A stretch of DNA of 64,000 bases from NCBI GenBank assembly GCA_036506495.1, contig DASXRQ010000253.1, positions 163-64,162 on the forward strand, read 5' to 3'. Shown piece after piece: positions 35,271-44,714 of the stretch. The position numbers and the translations under genes were made by a program. The notes under the pieces were generated by a model. That model had not been told where the DNA came from. It saw nothing but the letters and a program-made list of their open reading frames with translations, and ran no database searches. The DNA is from Micromonosporaceae bacterium. GTDB taxonomy: Bacteria > Actinomycetota > Actinomycetes > Mycobacteriales > Micromonosporaceae. The stretch's first letter is position 1; every line of letters starts with the position of its first letter.

Positions 35271-37297
35271 CCATGGTCGGTGCGGGGGGAACCGGACGGC
35301 GGGAGGTCGCCCTCGGGCTGGGGGTGTTCGGCGTCTACGCGGTCGTCGCCGTGGCGACCGCCGGCGACACGTACGGCTCGGCGGAGCGGCACGGCCGGGA
35401 CATCCTCGACCTGGAACGGGCGATGCACGTGGCCGTCGAGGAGCCGCTGAACGCCGCGCTCGCGCCGCACCCGGTGCTGTCCACGGTCGCCAACTACGAG
35501 TACGCGTACGGCTATCTCATCACCGCCGCGGCGCTACTCGTCTGGCTCTACGTGCGTCGGCCCGACCAGTACCGCTGGGCTCGCACGTTCTTCCTCGTGG
35601 TCAACGGGATTGGGGTCGCCTGCTTCGCGCTTTATCCGGTGACGCCGCCGCGGCTGCTGTCCGGCGCGGGTTTCGTGGACACTGTGAGCGTGGGTCACAC
35701 GTTCGGTTCCTGGGGGTCACCGATACTGGACCCCGCGAACCACGTCGCGGCGATGCCCTCCCTGCACGTCGCCTGGGGACTGTGGGTCGTCACGGTACTG
35801 ATCTGCATGTCGAGCCCCGGGTGGCTGCGGCTCGGCGCCGCGGGCCACGTGGCGCTGACGACGCTCGTCATCCTGGCCACGGCGAACCACTACCTGCTCG
35901 ACGCCGCCGGCGGCGCGGTCGCCGTCGCCGCGGCGTACGGGCTGACGACCCGGGTGATGGATCGCCCGGGCCGGGCCGCCGCCCGCATCGCCGCGGCGGA
36001 CGCGTTCTTCCTCTACGCCGAGTCGGCCACCGCGCCACAGCACGTCGGTGGGCTCGTCGTCATGCGGGACACGCCCGACGGAGGCACGCCGTACGCGGAC
36101 GGACTGCGCGCCCGGATGGAGACGAACCTTGCCCGTCTGCCGCGGCTGCGCCAGCGGCCGTCGGCGCCGTCGCGGTGGCGCCGGCCGCGCTGGGTGCCGG
36201 CGGACGGCCTCGACTGGGCCTGGCACATGCCGGTCGTGAACCTCGCCGGCCCGGACGGGCGGCCAGGCGGCCCCGCCGCGCTGCGGGCCCTGGTCGCGGA
36301 GCTGCAGGCCACGCCGCTGCCGCGCGACCGGCCGCTGTGGCGCCTCATCACGGTCACCGGCGTGGCCGAGGGCGAGGTGGCCGCGATCCCCCTGGTCCAC
36401 CACGCGGTAGCGGACGGCATGGCGCTGCTCGACATCGCCGCGGGGCTGATCGACCCGGACCCGGTGTGGCGGTCCGGCGGATCCACGGAGCCGGGTGTGC
36501 TCCGCCGGGCGATGGGCGTCGCGACCGGCCTGATCCAGCTCGCCGGGGACAGCACACACCCGCCGCGGCTGCCCTCCGGGCGGGTGTCCGCCCGCCGGTT
36601 CGCTACGACCGCCGTGCCGTTGCGGACGGTCCGGCGCATCGCCGAAGCCCACCGCGTCCACGTCAGCGATGTGCTGTTGTCGGCCGTCGCCGGCGCCGCA
36701 CACCGGGTGCTCGCCGGGCCGGAGACCCCGCGCTGGCTGCGCGTGTCGGTGCCGCTGGCGCTGCGCGGGCCGACCGGCGCGCGGTCCGGCAACGTGACGG
36801 CCGGCGTAATGCTGGACCTGCCGCTGGCGCCGATGTCCGAGGTCGAGCGCCTCGCCGAGACGAGCCGGCGGACCGGCCGGCTGCGCGGTGGCACGCGGGC
36901 ACTGGCCGCGCGCTTCGTGGTCGGCTCCGCCGTCGCGGCGCTGCCCGCACCCGCGCAGGCGTGGTTCGCTCGGACCGTGTACGGCCACCGCTTCTTCCAG
37001 GCGATTGTCTCCAACATCCCGGGCCCGGCCGGGTCGTACCGCTTCGGAGGCGCGCCCGTGCTCGGGGTGTACCCCATCGTGCCGCTCGCGGACGGCGCTC
37101 CGCTCGCCATCGGCGTGCTGGGCTGGGGTTCGCGGCTGTTCGTCGGCGTCAGCGTCGATCCGGCCCTGGTGGACGACGCGGACCGTCTCGCCGTCGCGGT
37201 GCGCGCCGTGCTCGACGAGCTCGCCCGGACTGCGGGCCGGCCGCCGGAACCGGGCGAGCCGGCCCCGAGGGGGCGGGCTAGCGCCGAGGCCTGGTGA
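35267..37297 (+). CDS. Bifunctional PAP2 (PAP2_3 / IPC-synthase-like) - wax ester synthase/diacylglycerol acyltransferase fusion protein
   Basis: The N-terminal ~230 aa are multi-TM with PAP2_3 motifs AAMPSLHVAW and NHYLLDAAGG. From about residue 240 a WS/DGAT domain follows (DAFFLYAESATAPQHVGGL, active site HHAVADGMA, C-terminal SNIPGP). Confidence 0.8.
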   Translation: MTMVGAGGTGRREVALGLGVFGVYAVVAVATAGDTYGSAERHGRDILDLERAMHVAVEEPLNAALAPHPVLSTVANYEYAYGYLITAAALLVWLYVRRPDQYRWARTFFLVVNGIGVACFALYPVTPPRLLSGAGFVDTVSVGHTFGSWGSPILDPANHVAAMPSLHVAWGLWVVTVLICMSSPGWLRLGAAGHVALTTLVILATANHYLLDAAGGAVAVAAAYGLTTRVMDRPGRAAARIAAADAFFLYAESATAPQHVGGLVVMRDTPDGGTPYADGLRARMETNLARLPRLRQRPSAPSRWRRPRWVPADGLDWAWHMPVVNLAGPDGRPGGPAALRALVAELQATPLPRDRPLWRLITVTGVAEGEVAAIPLVHHAVADGMALLDIAAGLIDPDPVWRSGGSTEPGVLRRAMGVATGLIQLAGDSTHPPRLPSGRVSARRFATTAVPLRTVRRIAEAHRVHVSDVLLSAVAGAAHRVLAGPETPRWLRVSVPLALRGPTGARSGNVTAGVMLDLPLAPMSEVERLAETSRRTGRLRGGTRALAARFVVGSAVAALPAPAQAWFARTVYGHRFFQAIVSNIPGPAGSYRFGGAPVLGVYPIVPLADGAPLAIGVLGWGSRLFVGVSVDPALVDDADRLAVAVRAVLDELARTAGRPPEPGEPAPRGRASAEAW

Positions 37298-38528
37298 CCG
37301 CGGCGGCCCCGTGGCGTCGCGTGCCGCTGCCGGCCGACGGCCCGGCCGGGCCCGGACGGTTCCACACCAGGGCCAGCGTCAACCGGGCTCGCTCCGGCGG
37401 GTCGTCGAGGGCCGCCCCGAACAGGTCGTGCAGCTGGGCCATCCGGTACCGCACGGTCTGCGGATGCACGTGCAGCTCCGCGGCCATCGCCTTCCGGTCG
37501 CCGAAGTGGCGCAGCCAGCACGCCAGCGTGTTGGTCAGCCGCTCCCGGACCGCGGCGGGGTGCCCGTCGAGCGGGGCGAGCGCCGTGCGGCGCAGGGCGT
37601 CGAGCAGGCGCGGGTCGCGGTGCACGATGATCGCGTCCAGGTGCTCGTCGGCGAAGACCGGGTCCTCCTCCAGTACGCCGGTCCGCTGCAACGCGGCGGC
37701 GACCTCGGCGATGTGCACGCTCGCGGGCAGGTGCTGCAACGGCACCGGGTGTCCGACCACGGCCCCGGCGCCGGCGAGCGCCTCCACCAGGCGCTCGCGT
37801 CGCCCGGGCCCCACCGGGTCCGGGACGATGGCGCCCAGCAGCGTCCGACGCCTGATCAGCAGGCACGAACTGTCCAATCGCGACACGATGGCCTGACCGG
37901 CGTCGTTGTTCGGGTCGACCAGGATCACCGCCGCCTCGCGCGGGAGCGGCCACCCCGCGCGCGCGGCCGCCGCCCGCAGTAGCTCGGTGTCGCAGCGGTC
38001 GGACAGCAGCATCTCGACCAGGTCGTCCCGCAACCGTTCGCGCTCGACCGCGGCCCGTGACTGCTCCAGCACGAACCCTCGTGCGGAGGCCGACGACAGC
38101 TGGTCGACGAAGATGAACACCGCCTCGGCGAGCGCCGCGAGCCCCGTCGGAGGCACGCCGAACTCCAGGGCCGCCGAGGACACGTGCCGCCACGCCACCC
38201 GCGCCCCGACCTGGTACGCGGACAGCAGCGTGGTCAGCTCGCGACCCTCACGCCACTGGACCCGGCCGATCTCCTCGAACAGTGCGACCTGCGGTTCGGA
38301 CCCGTTTTCTCGAGGAAGGACCCCCGGCTGCTCGGCGATCGCCACCAACCACCGGGTGAACGCCTTCGCCGCCATCGCGACGTCGTCCTGCTCGTGGGCG
38401 AGGAACTCGGCGTAGTCGGGCCAGTCCACGCGGAATAGGGCACGCACCTCGGCGAGGATGTCGGGCAGCCGTGCCTCGAGGGCCGGGACGAGCCACTCCA
38501 GCTCTGATTCCTTGTGTGTGACGTCCAC
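37278..38528 (-). CDS. PucR/CdaR family transcriptional regulator
   Basis: C-terminal PucR HTH (AAELHVHPQTVRYRMAQLHDLFG). GTG 38528 chosen; the ORF is open to 38675. Divergent from hpnC. Confidence 0.75.
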   Translation of the reverse strand: MDVTHKESELEWLVPALEARLPDILAEVRALFRVDWPDYAEFLAHEQDDVAMAAKAFTRWLVAIAEQPGVLPRENGSEPQVALFEEIGRVQWREGRELTTLLSAYQVGARVAWRHVSSAALEFGVPPTGLAALAEAVFIFVDQLSSASARGFVLEQSRAAVERERLRDDLVEMLLSDRCDTELLRAAAARAGWPLPREAAVILVDPNNDAGQAIVSRLDSSCLLIRRRTLLGAIVPDPVGPGRRERLVEALAGAGAVVGHPVPLQHLPASVHIAEVAAALQRTGVLEEDPVFADEHLDAIIVHRDPRLLDALRRTALAPLDGHPAAVRERLTNTLACWLRHFGDRKAMAAELHVHPQTVRYRMAQLHDLFGAALDDPPERARLTLALVWNRPGPAGPSAGSGTRRHGAAAVTRPRR

Positions 38529-38662
38529 TCGTACACGTCTACCGGAAACGGGGCCATCGGCGCACCCGCGCGCCGATTTTGTACGTGCGTGACAACCCGA
38601 CACGCCGAGATCTACGCGCTGAGTTGCAGCACCCGGCACCCTAGGAGGGGCAACATCTGCAC

Positions 38663-39583
38663 GTGGGCGGGACACGGGCGGGGGGCCCCGGGGACATCGC
38701 GGGGGTAAATGCGGCGGCGGACTCGCTCGCGCGCGCCGGCGGCCCGGCCGACGCCTACCTGCGCAAACGCGAGCGGAGCGAGAACTTCCCCGTCGCGCTG
38801 CGGGTGTTACCGAGCGACCGCCGCCGGCATCTGGTCGCGGTGTACGACGTGGCCCGCGTGATCGACGATCTCGGTGACGACGCGCCCGGTGACCGTCGGG
38901 CGCAGCTGCGCGAGTTCGCCGACGATCTTTTCACCATCTGGGACGGCGGCGAGCCCCGGGCCCCGGTGCTGCGGCGGCTCGCCGAGACGGTGACCGCCTG
39001 CGGCCTCGGCCCGCGGCCGTTCCTCGATCTGATCGAGGCCAACCTCCGGGACCAGGAAATCACCTCGTACCCCGCGTACGCGGATCTGTTGGACTATTGC
39101 GCGCTGTCCGCCAACCCGGTGGGCCGGATCGTGCTCGCGGTGTTCGGCGCCGCCACGCCGGATCGGGAGGAATTGTCGGATCGGATCTGCAGCGGACTGC
39201 AGATCATCGAGCACTGCCAGGACATCGTGGAGGACCGGCGGGCCGGCCGCATCTACCTGCCGCTGGAAGACCTGGACCGGTTCGGGGTACGGCCCGCGGA
39301 CCTCGACGCCGCGCGGCCGAGCCCCGCGCTGCGGCGGCTGGTCGCCTTCGAGGCCGGCCGCGCCGCGGCCTTGGTCGACTCCGGCCTGCCGCTCCTGCGG
39401 CAGCTGCGCGGCTGGGCTCGGCTGGCCGTGACCGGGTACGCCGCGGGCGGTCGGGCGGCCGTGGTGGCGCTGCGCCGCGCCGGCTGGGACGCGGTCACCG
39501 AGCGCCCGCGGGCCCGCCGCCGGGACTTGATCGCGCAGCTCGTGGCCGTTACCGCTGGGAGGAGGCTTCCGTCGGATGGGTAG
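38663..39583 (+). CDS. hpnC: Hydroxysqualene synthase HpnC (squalene/phytoene synthase family)
   Basis: Motifs ENFPVALRVLP, YDVARVIDDLGDD and QDIVEDRRAGRIYLP. GTG 38663 lies 12 nt after AGGAGGGG. First gene of the hopanoid operon. Confidence 0.8.
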   Translation: MGGTRAGGPGDIAGVNAAADSLARAGGPADAYLRKRERSENFPVALRVLPSDRRRHLVAVYDVARVIDDLGDDAPGDRRAQLREFADDLFTIWDGGEPRAPVLRRLAETVTACGLGPRPFLDLIEANLRDQEITSYPAYADLLDYCALSANPVGRIVLAVFGAATPDREELSDRICSGLQIIEHCQDIVEDRRAGRIYLPLEDLDRFGVRPADLDAARPSPALRRLVAFEAGRAAALVDSGLPLLRQLRGWARLAVTGYAAGGRAAVVALRRAGWDAVTERPRARRRDLIAQLVAVTAGRRLPSDG

Positions 39584-40433
39584 CGTCGGCGAGGCGTACG
39601 TGGTGTGCGAATCGATCACGCGGCGACAGGCCCGCAACTTCTACTACGGGATCCGGCTGCTGCCCGCGGCGAAGCGGAGCGCCCTGTGCGCCGTGTACGC
39701 GCTCGCCCGACGGATCGACGACATCGGCGACGGCGACCTGCCCTCGGCCGACAAGGCCGCGGCGCTCGCGGACGTCCGCACGTCGCTGAAGGACATCGAC
39801 GCCGGCACCGACCCGGTCCTGGTGGCGGTCGCGGATGCCGCGCGGCGGTTCCCGGTCCCGTTGGGGGCGTTCGACGAGCTCGTCGACGGCGTCGAGATGG
39901 ACGTCTCCGGCCGGCGCTACGACGACTTCGACGAGCTCGTCGGCTACTGCCGGTGCGTGGCGGGCTCGATCGGGCGGCTGTGCCTGGGCGTGTTCGGCTC
40001 CCACCCGGACCCGCGCGCCGCCGAGTACGCCGACGCCCTCGGCATCGCGCTCCAGCAGATCAACATCCTGCGGGACATCCGGGAGGACCTCGTCAACGGT
40101 CGGGTGTACCTGCCACGCCAGGACCTCGAGCGGTTCGGCGTGCGGCTGGAACTCGACGAGCGGCGGGTCCTGGCCGACCGCGATGGCGGCCTGGCGCGGC
40201 TGATCACCTTCGCCGCGGGACGCGCGCGCACCTGGCACGAGCGCGGAATGCATCTGCTGCCGCTCATCGACCGCCGCAGCGCGGCCTGCACCGCGGCCAT
40301 GTCCGGCATCTACGGGCGGCTGCTCGAGCGCATCGCCCAGGACCCGACCGCCGTGTACGACCGGCGACTGTCCCTGTCCGGCTGGCAGAAGGCCGCCGTG
40401 GCCGCTCGCGCACTCGTCGGAGCGGCGTCATGA
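39576..40433 (+). CDS. hpnD: Presqualene diphosphate synthase HpnD (squalene/phytoene synthase family)
   Basis: Motifs ARNFYYGIRLLP, YALARRIDDIGD and LRDIREDLVNGRVYLP. Overlaps hpnC by 8 nt. Confidence 0.85.
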   Translation: MGSVGEAYVVCESITRRQARNFYYGIRLLPAAKRSALCAVYALARRIDDIGDGDLPSADKAAALADVRTSLKDIDAGTDPVLVAVADAARRFPVPLGAFDELVDGVEMDVSGRRYDDFDELVGYCRCVAGSIGRLCLGVFGSHPDPRAAEYADALGIALQQINILRDIREDLVNGRVYLPRQDLERFGVRLELDERRVLADRDGGLARLITFAAGRARTWHERGMHLLPLIDRRSAACTAAMSGIYGRLLERIAQDPTAVYDRRLSLSGWQKAAVAARALVGAAS

Positions 40434-41791
40434 ACCCCGGTGGCGTCGCCGTCATCGGCGGTGGACTGGCGGGCATCACCGCGGCGTTGCGCTGCGCGGA
40501 TGCCGGTTACCCGGTCACGCTCCTCGAGGCCCGGCCATGGCTGGGCGGCCTGACGTACTCGTTCCGCCGCGGCGACCTCGACGTCGACAACGGCCAGCAC
40601 GTGTTCCTGCGATGCTGCACGGCGTACCGCGGACTGCTCGGCCGGCTCGGCGTCTCGGACCAGGTCCACCTGCAGGAGCGGCTGGACATTCCGGTGCGGT
40701 CGCCACACGCGCCGCCCAGCCGGCTGCGCCGGAACCGGCTGCCCGCGCCGCTGCACCTGGGCGGGGCGCTGTTGCGCTACCGGCTGCTCGGCCCGGCACA
40801 GCGGCTCCGGTTCATCCGCGCGGCGCTCGCGCTGCGGCACGTCGACCGCACCGACCCGGCGGTCGACCGCCGGACGTTCGGCGCTTGGCTGGCCGAGACC
40901 CGGCAGGACGCCGGCACCGTGCAGGCCCTATGGGACCTCGTCGGGCTGGCCACCCTCAACGCCCGCGCGGACGAGGCGTCGCTGGCCCTGGCCGCCATGG
41001 TCTTCCAGGTTGGACTGTTGACCGAGGCCGGAGCGGCGGACATCGGGTGGTCCCGCGTGCCGCTCCGCCGGCTGCACGGGGACGCGGCGGCGAGCCGGCT
41101 GGCCGAGGCCGGAGCGACGGTGCGCACCGGGGTCCGGGTTGACACCGTGGAGCGGCGGGGCAGCGGCTGGGCCGTCGCCGCGGGGGAGGAGGAGTACGTG
41201 GTCGATCACGTGGTGCTGGCGGTCCCACCGCCCGCGGCCGAGGGCCTGGCACCGGCGGGCGGCATCGCGATGGTGGACGGCTGGTCCGCCCGGCTGGGGA
41301 GTTCGCCGATCATCAACGCGCACGTGGTGCTCGATCGGCGGGTCATGGCCGAGGCGTTCGTGGCCGGCGTGGGCACGCCGATCCAGTGGGTCTTCGACCG
41401 CACCGGCCAGTCCGGCATGGACGGCCACGGCCAGTACCTCGCGGTCTCCGTGTCGGCCGCCGACGAGCTGGTCGACCTGTCCGTGAACGACCTGCGCGAG
41501 CGGCTGCTGCCGCCGCTGCGCGCGCTGCTGCCCGAGATCGCCCGCGCTCGCGTGACCGACTTCTTCGTCACCAGGGAACGGAACGCGACGTTCCGGCCGG
41601 CGCCGGGCAGCGGCGCGCTGCGACCGCCCGCCGTGACCGGGCTGCCGGGGCTGTACCTGGCCGGCGCGTGGACCGACACCGGGTGGCCCGCGACCATGGA
41701 GGGCGCGGTACGCAGCGGAGAGTCGGCGGCGGCCGCCGTGTTCGCCGCGACCGCCGGGCCCCGGAACCGAACGGAGGCGGTGGCCCCATGA
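40430..41791 (+). CDS. hpnE: Hydroxysqualene dehydroxylase HpnE (FAD-dependent amine-oxidase family)
   Basis: FAD-binding N-terminus VAVIGGGLAGITAAL. ATGA overlap with hpnD. Position in the cluster supports the call. Confidence 0.85.
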   Translation: MNPGGVAVIGGGLAGITAALRCADAGYPVTLLEARPWLGGLTYSFRRGDLDVDNGQHVFLRCCTAYRGLLGRLGVSDQVHLQERLDIPVRSPHAPPSRLRRNRLPAPLHLGGALLRYRLLGPAQRLRFIRAALALRHVDRTDPAVDRRTFGAWLAETRQDAGTVQALWDLVGLATLNARADEASLALAAMVFQVGLLTEAGAADIGWSRVPLRRLHGDAAASRLAEAGATVRTGVRVDTVERRGSGWAVAAGEEEYVVDHVVLAVPPPAAEGLAPAGGIAMVDGWSARLGSSPIINAHVVLDRRVMAEAFVAGVGTPIQWVFDRTGQSGMDGHGQYLAVSVSAADELVDLSVNDLRERLLPPLRALLPEIARARVTDFFVTRERNATFRPAPGSGALRPPAVTGLPGLYLAGAWTDTGWPATMEGAVRSGESAAAAVFAATAGPRNRTEAVAP

Positions 41792-42798
41792 CTGCGACGC
41801 TCGGCGCCCTGCACCGCACCCGCGACCAGCTGGCGCCGGCGATGCGGGCCGCGGTCGAGCGCCTGGACCCGACCAGCCGGCTCACCGCGGCGTACCACCT
41901 GGGCTGGTGCGACCCGCGCGGCACACCGACGGACGCCGGCGGCGGCAAGGCGATCCGGCCGACGCTGGCGCTGCTGTCGGCCGAGGCGGCCGGTGCGCCG
42001 GCGGAGGTGGCGCTGCCCGGCGCGGTCGCCGTCGAGCTGGTGCACAACTTCTCGCTGCTGCACGACGATCTGATGGACGGCGACGTGGAGCGGCGACACC
42101 GGCGTACGGTCTGGGCCATCTGGGGCTCGTCGACCGCGATCCTGACCGGCGACGCGTTGCTGGCGTTGGCGCAGGAGGTGTTGCTGGAGTCCGAGTCGCC
42201 AACCGCGGGGCGCGCCGCGCTGCTGCTCGCCGCCGCCACCCGTGAGCTGACCCGCGGCCAGGTCCAGGACCTCGCGTTCGAGGCGCGCCATGACGTGACG
42301 CTCCAGGAGTGCCTGGACATGGCCATGGGCAAGACCGGTTCGCTGCTGTCCGTGAGCGCCGCGATCGGTGCGGTGCTGGCCGACGCGCCGCAGGCGACCG
42401 AGTCCGCGCTGGCCGCGTTCGGTGCCCATGTCGGCCTCGCGTTCCAGCTGGTCGACGACGTGCTCGGCATCTGGGGCGATCCCGAGGTGACGGGCAAGCC
42501 GGTCCACTCCGACCTCCGGGCGCGCAAGAAGTCGCTGCCGGTCACGTACGCGCTCGCCCAGCCACGGCAGGGCCCGGAGCTGGCCGCCTGGCTCGCCGCG
42601 ACCGACGAGCCTCCGGACGCGGATCTGCGGCGCGTAGCCGAGCTCGTGGACGCGGCCGGCGGCCGGGACTGGTCGCTCTCCGAGGCCCGCAACCGGCTGG
42701 CGCTCGCGGAGGAGGTGCTGTCCGCGGTCGACCTGTGGCCGCGGCCGCGCGAGGAGATGCTCGCGTTGGCCCGGTACGTCGTGGACCGGGACTCATGA
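41788..42798 (+). CDS. Polyprenyl diphosphate synthase (FPP/GGPP synthase family)
   Basis: Aspartate-rich motifs LLHDDLMDGD and FQLVDDVLG. ATGA overlap with hpnE. Confidence 0.9.
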   Translation: MTATLGALHRTRDQLAPAMRAAVERLDPTSRLTAAYHLGWCDPRGTPTDAGGGKAIRPTLALLSAEAAGAPAEVALPGAVAVELVHNFSLLHDDLMDGDVERRHRRTVWAIWGSSTAILTGDALLALAQEVLLESESPTAGRAALLLAAATRELTRGQVQDLAFEARHDVTLQECLDMAMGKTGSLLSVSAAIGAVLADAPQATESALAAFGAHVGLAFQLVDDVLGIWGDPEVTGKPVHSDLRARKKSLPVTYALAQPRQGPELAAWLAATDEPPDADLRRVAELVDAAGGRDWSLSEARNRLALAEEVLSAVDLWPRPREEMLALARYVVDRDS

Positions 42799-44714
42799 CC
42801 CGCGCGGTCGACGTCGGCGCACCCGACCGGACCACGACCGGCGACGGCGTGGCCGAGGCGCTCGCCGCGGCGGTCGCGCACCTGCGCGACCGGCAGGATC
42901 CGGCCGGCTGGTGGAAGGGAGAGCTGGCCACCAACGTGACCATGGACGCCGAGGACCTCCTCCTGCGTGAGTTCCTGGGCATCCGGACCGGCCCGCAGAC
43001 CGACGAGGCGGCCCGGTGGATCCGTTCCCAGCAGCGCGCGGACGGCACCTGGGCGACGTTTCACGGCGGACCGGCCGACCTGAACGCCACCGTCGAGGCG
43101 TGGGTGGCGTTGCGGCTGGCCGGCGACCCGCCGGACGCGCCGCACATGGTGCGAGCCGCCGGGTTCGTCCGTGCGGCGGGCGGGCTGGAGCGCACCCGGG
43201 TGTTCACCCGGATCTGGATGGCTTTGTTCGGCCTCTGGTCCTGGGACGAGCTGCCCGAGCTGCCGCCGGAAATGATCTTCTTGCCGCGATGGTTCCCGTT
43301 CAACGTCTACGACTGGGGCTGCTGGGCGCGCCAGACGGTCGTGCCGCTGACGATCGTCGCCAGCCTCCGACCCGTACGCCCGCTGCCCTTCGGCATTGAC
43401 GAGCTGCGCACCGGGGCGCCGCCGCCGCGGCGAGCGGCGCCGTGGACGTGGGCCGGCCTCTTCCAGCGCCTGGACCGTGTCCTGCACCTGTACGCCAGGC
43501 ACCCGATCCGGCCGCTGCGCCGGCTCGCGCGACGGCGCGCCGCCGAGTGGATCATCGCTCGGCAGGAGGCAGACGGCTCGTGGGGCGGCATCCAACCGCC
43601 CTGGGTGTACTCGTTGCTCGCCCTACACCTGCTCGGCTACTCACTGGACCACCCGGTGCTCGCCGCCGGCATCGCCGGCCTGGATGGGTTCACGATCCGG
43701 GAACGCACCGCCGACGGGTGGCTGCGCCGCCTCGAGGCGTGTCAGTCGCCGGTCTGGGACACCGCGCTCGCGCTCATCGCGCTGCTCGACGCCGGGATTC
43801 CGGGCGACGACGACGCCGTACGCCGGGCGACCGCCTGGCTGCTCGGCGAGGAGATCCGGGTCCCCGGCGACTGGGCGGTGCGCCGGCCAGGGCTCGCTCC
43901 GGGCGGCTGGGCGTTCGAGTTCGCGAACGACGGCTATCCGGACATCGACGACACCGCCGAGGTGGTGCTCGGGCTGCGCCGCGTGGCCGGGGCGGCACCC
44001 GACCCGGACGCCGTGCGCGCGGCCGTGGATCGCGGCATGGCCTGGACCCTCGGCATGCAGTCGACGGACGGTGGCTGGGCCGCGTTCGACGCGGACAACA
44101 CCCGCGCGCTCGCCAGGAAGCTGCCGTTCTGCGACTTCGGCGAGGTGATCGACCCGCCGTCGGCAGACGTCACGGCGCACGTGGTGGAGGCCCTCGCGGC
44201 GCAGGGCCGCGCCGACGAGCCGGCCGGCCAGCGCGGCGTCGCGTGGCTGCTGGCGAACCAAGAGCCGGACGGCTCCTGGTTCGGCCGCTGGGGCGCCAAC
44301 TACGTGTACGGCACCGGCGCGGTCGTCCCGGCGCTCGTCGCTGCGGGCCTCGATCCTGCTGCGGAGTCGATCCGCCGGGCGGTGCGGTGGCTGGCCGACC
44401 ACCAGAACCCCGACGGCGGCTGGGGCGAAGACCTGCGCTCGTACGACGACCCGGCGGCCTGGGCGGGCCGTGGGGTGTCGACCGCCTCCCAGACCGCGTG
44501 GGCCCTGCTCGCGCTGCTCGCGGCCGACGAGCGTGGCGAGCCGGTCCGCCGCGGCATCGGCTTCCTCGTCGACACGCAGCGCCCGGACGGCGGCTGGGAC
44601 GAGGACGCGTACACCGGCACCGGGTTCCCCGGCGACTTCTACATCAACTACCACCTGTACCGGGTGATCTTCCCGGTCACCGCCCTCGGTCGCTACCTGG
44701 CGGTGGCCACGTGA
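42795..44714 (+). CDS. shc: Squalene-hopene cyclase
   Basis: 639 aa with catalytic DxDD motif (GYPDIDDTAEV) and repeated QW motifs (QxxDGSW/GGW). ATGA overlap with the upstream gene. Confidence 0.95.
   Translation: MTRAVDVGAPDRTTTGDGVAEALAAAVAHLRDRQDPAGWWKGELATNVTMDAEDLLLREFLGIRTGPQTDEAARWIRSQQRADGTWATFHGGPADLNATVEAWVALRLAGDPPDAPHMVRAAGFVRAAGGLERTRVFTRIWMALFGLWSWDELPELPPEMIFLPRWFPFNVYDWGCWARQTVVPLTIVASLRPVRPLPFGIDELRTGAPPPRRAAPWTWAGLFQRLDRVLHLYARHPIRPLRRLARRRAAEWIIARQEADGSWGGIQPPWVYSLLALHLLGYSLDHPVLAAGIAGLDGFTIRERTADGWLRRLEACQSPVWDTALALIALLDAGIPGDDDAVRRATAWLLGEEIRVPGDWAVRRPGLAPGGWAFEFANDGYPDIDDTAEVVLGLRRVAGAAPDPDAVRAAVDRGMAWTLGMQSTDGGWAAFDADNTRALARKLPFCDFGEVIDPPSADVTAHVVEALAAQGRADEPAGQRGVAWLLANQEPDGSWFGRWGANYVYGTGAVVPALVAAGLDPAAESIRRAVRWLADHQNPDGGWGEDLRSYDDPAAWAGRGVSTASQTAWALLALLAADERGEPVRRGIGFLVDTQRPDGGWDEDAYTGTGFPGDFYINYHLYRVIFPVTALGRYLAVAT

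Noticed and set aside
43442-44710. Upstream 423 codons of the 917-aa ORF that contains hpnG~ispH
   Set aside because: This part overlaps shc in a different frame and translates to Arg/Gly/Pro-rich nonsense. A GTG at 44711 overlapping the shc stop (GTGA) gives a sensible HpnG-like N-terminus.
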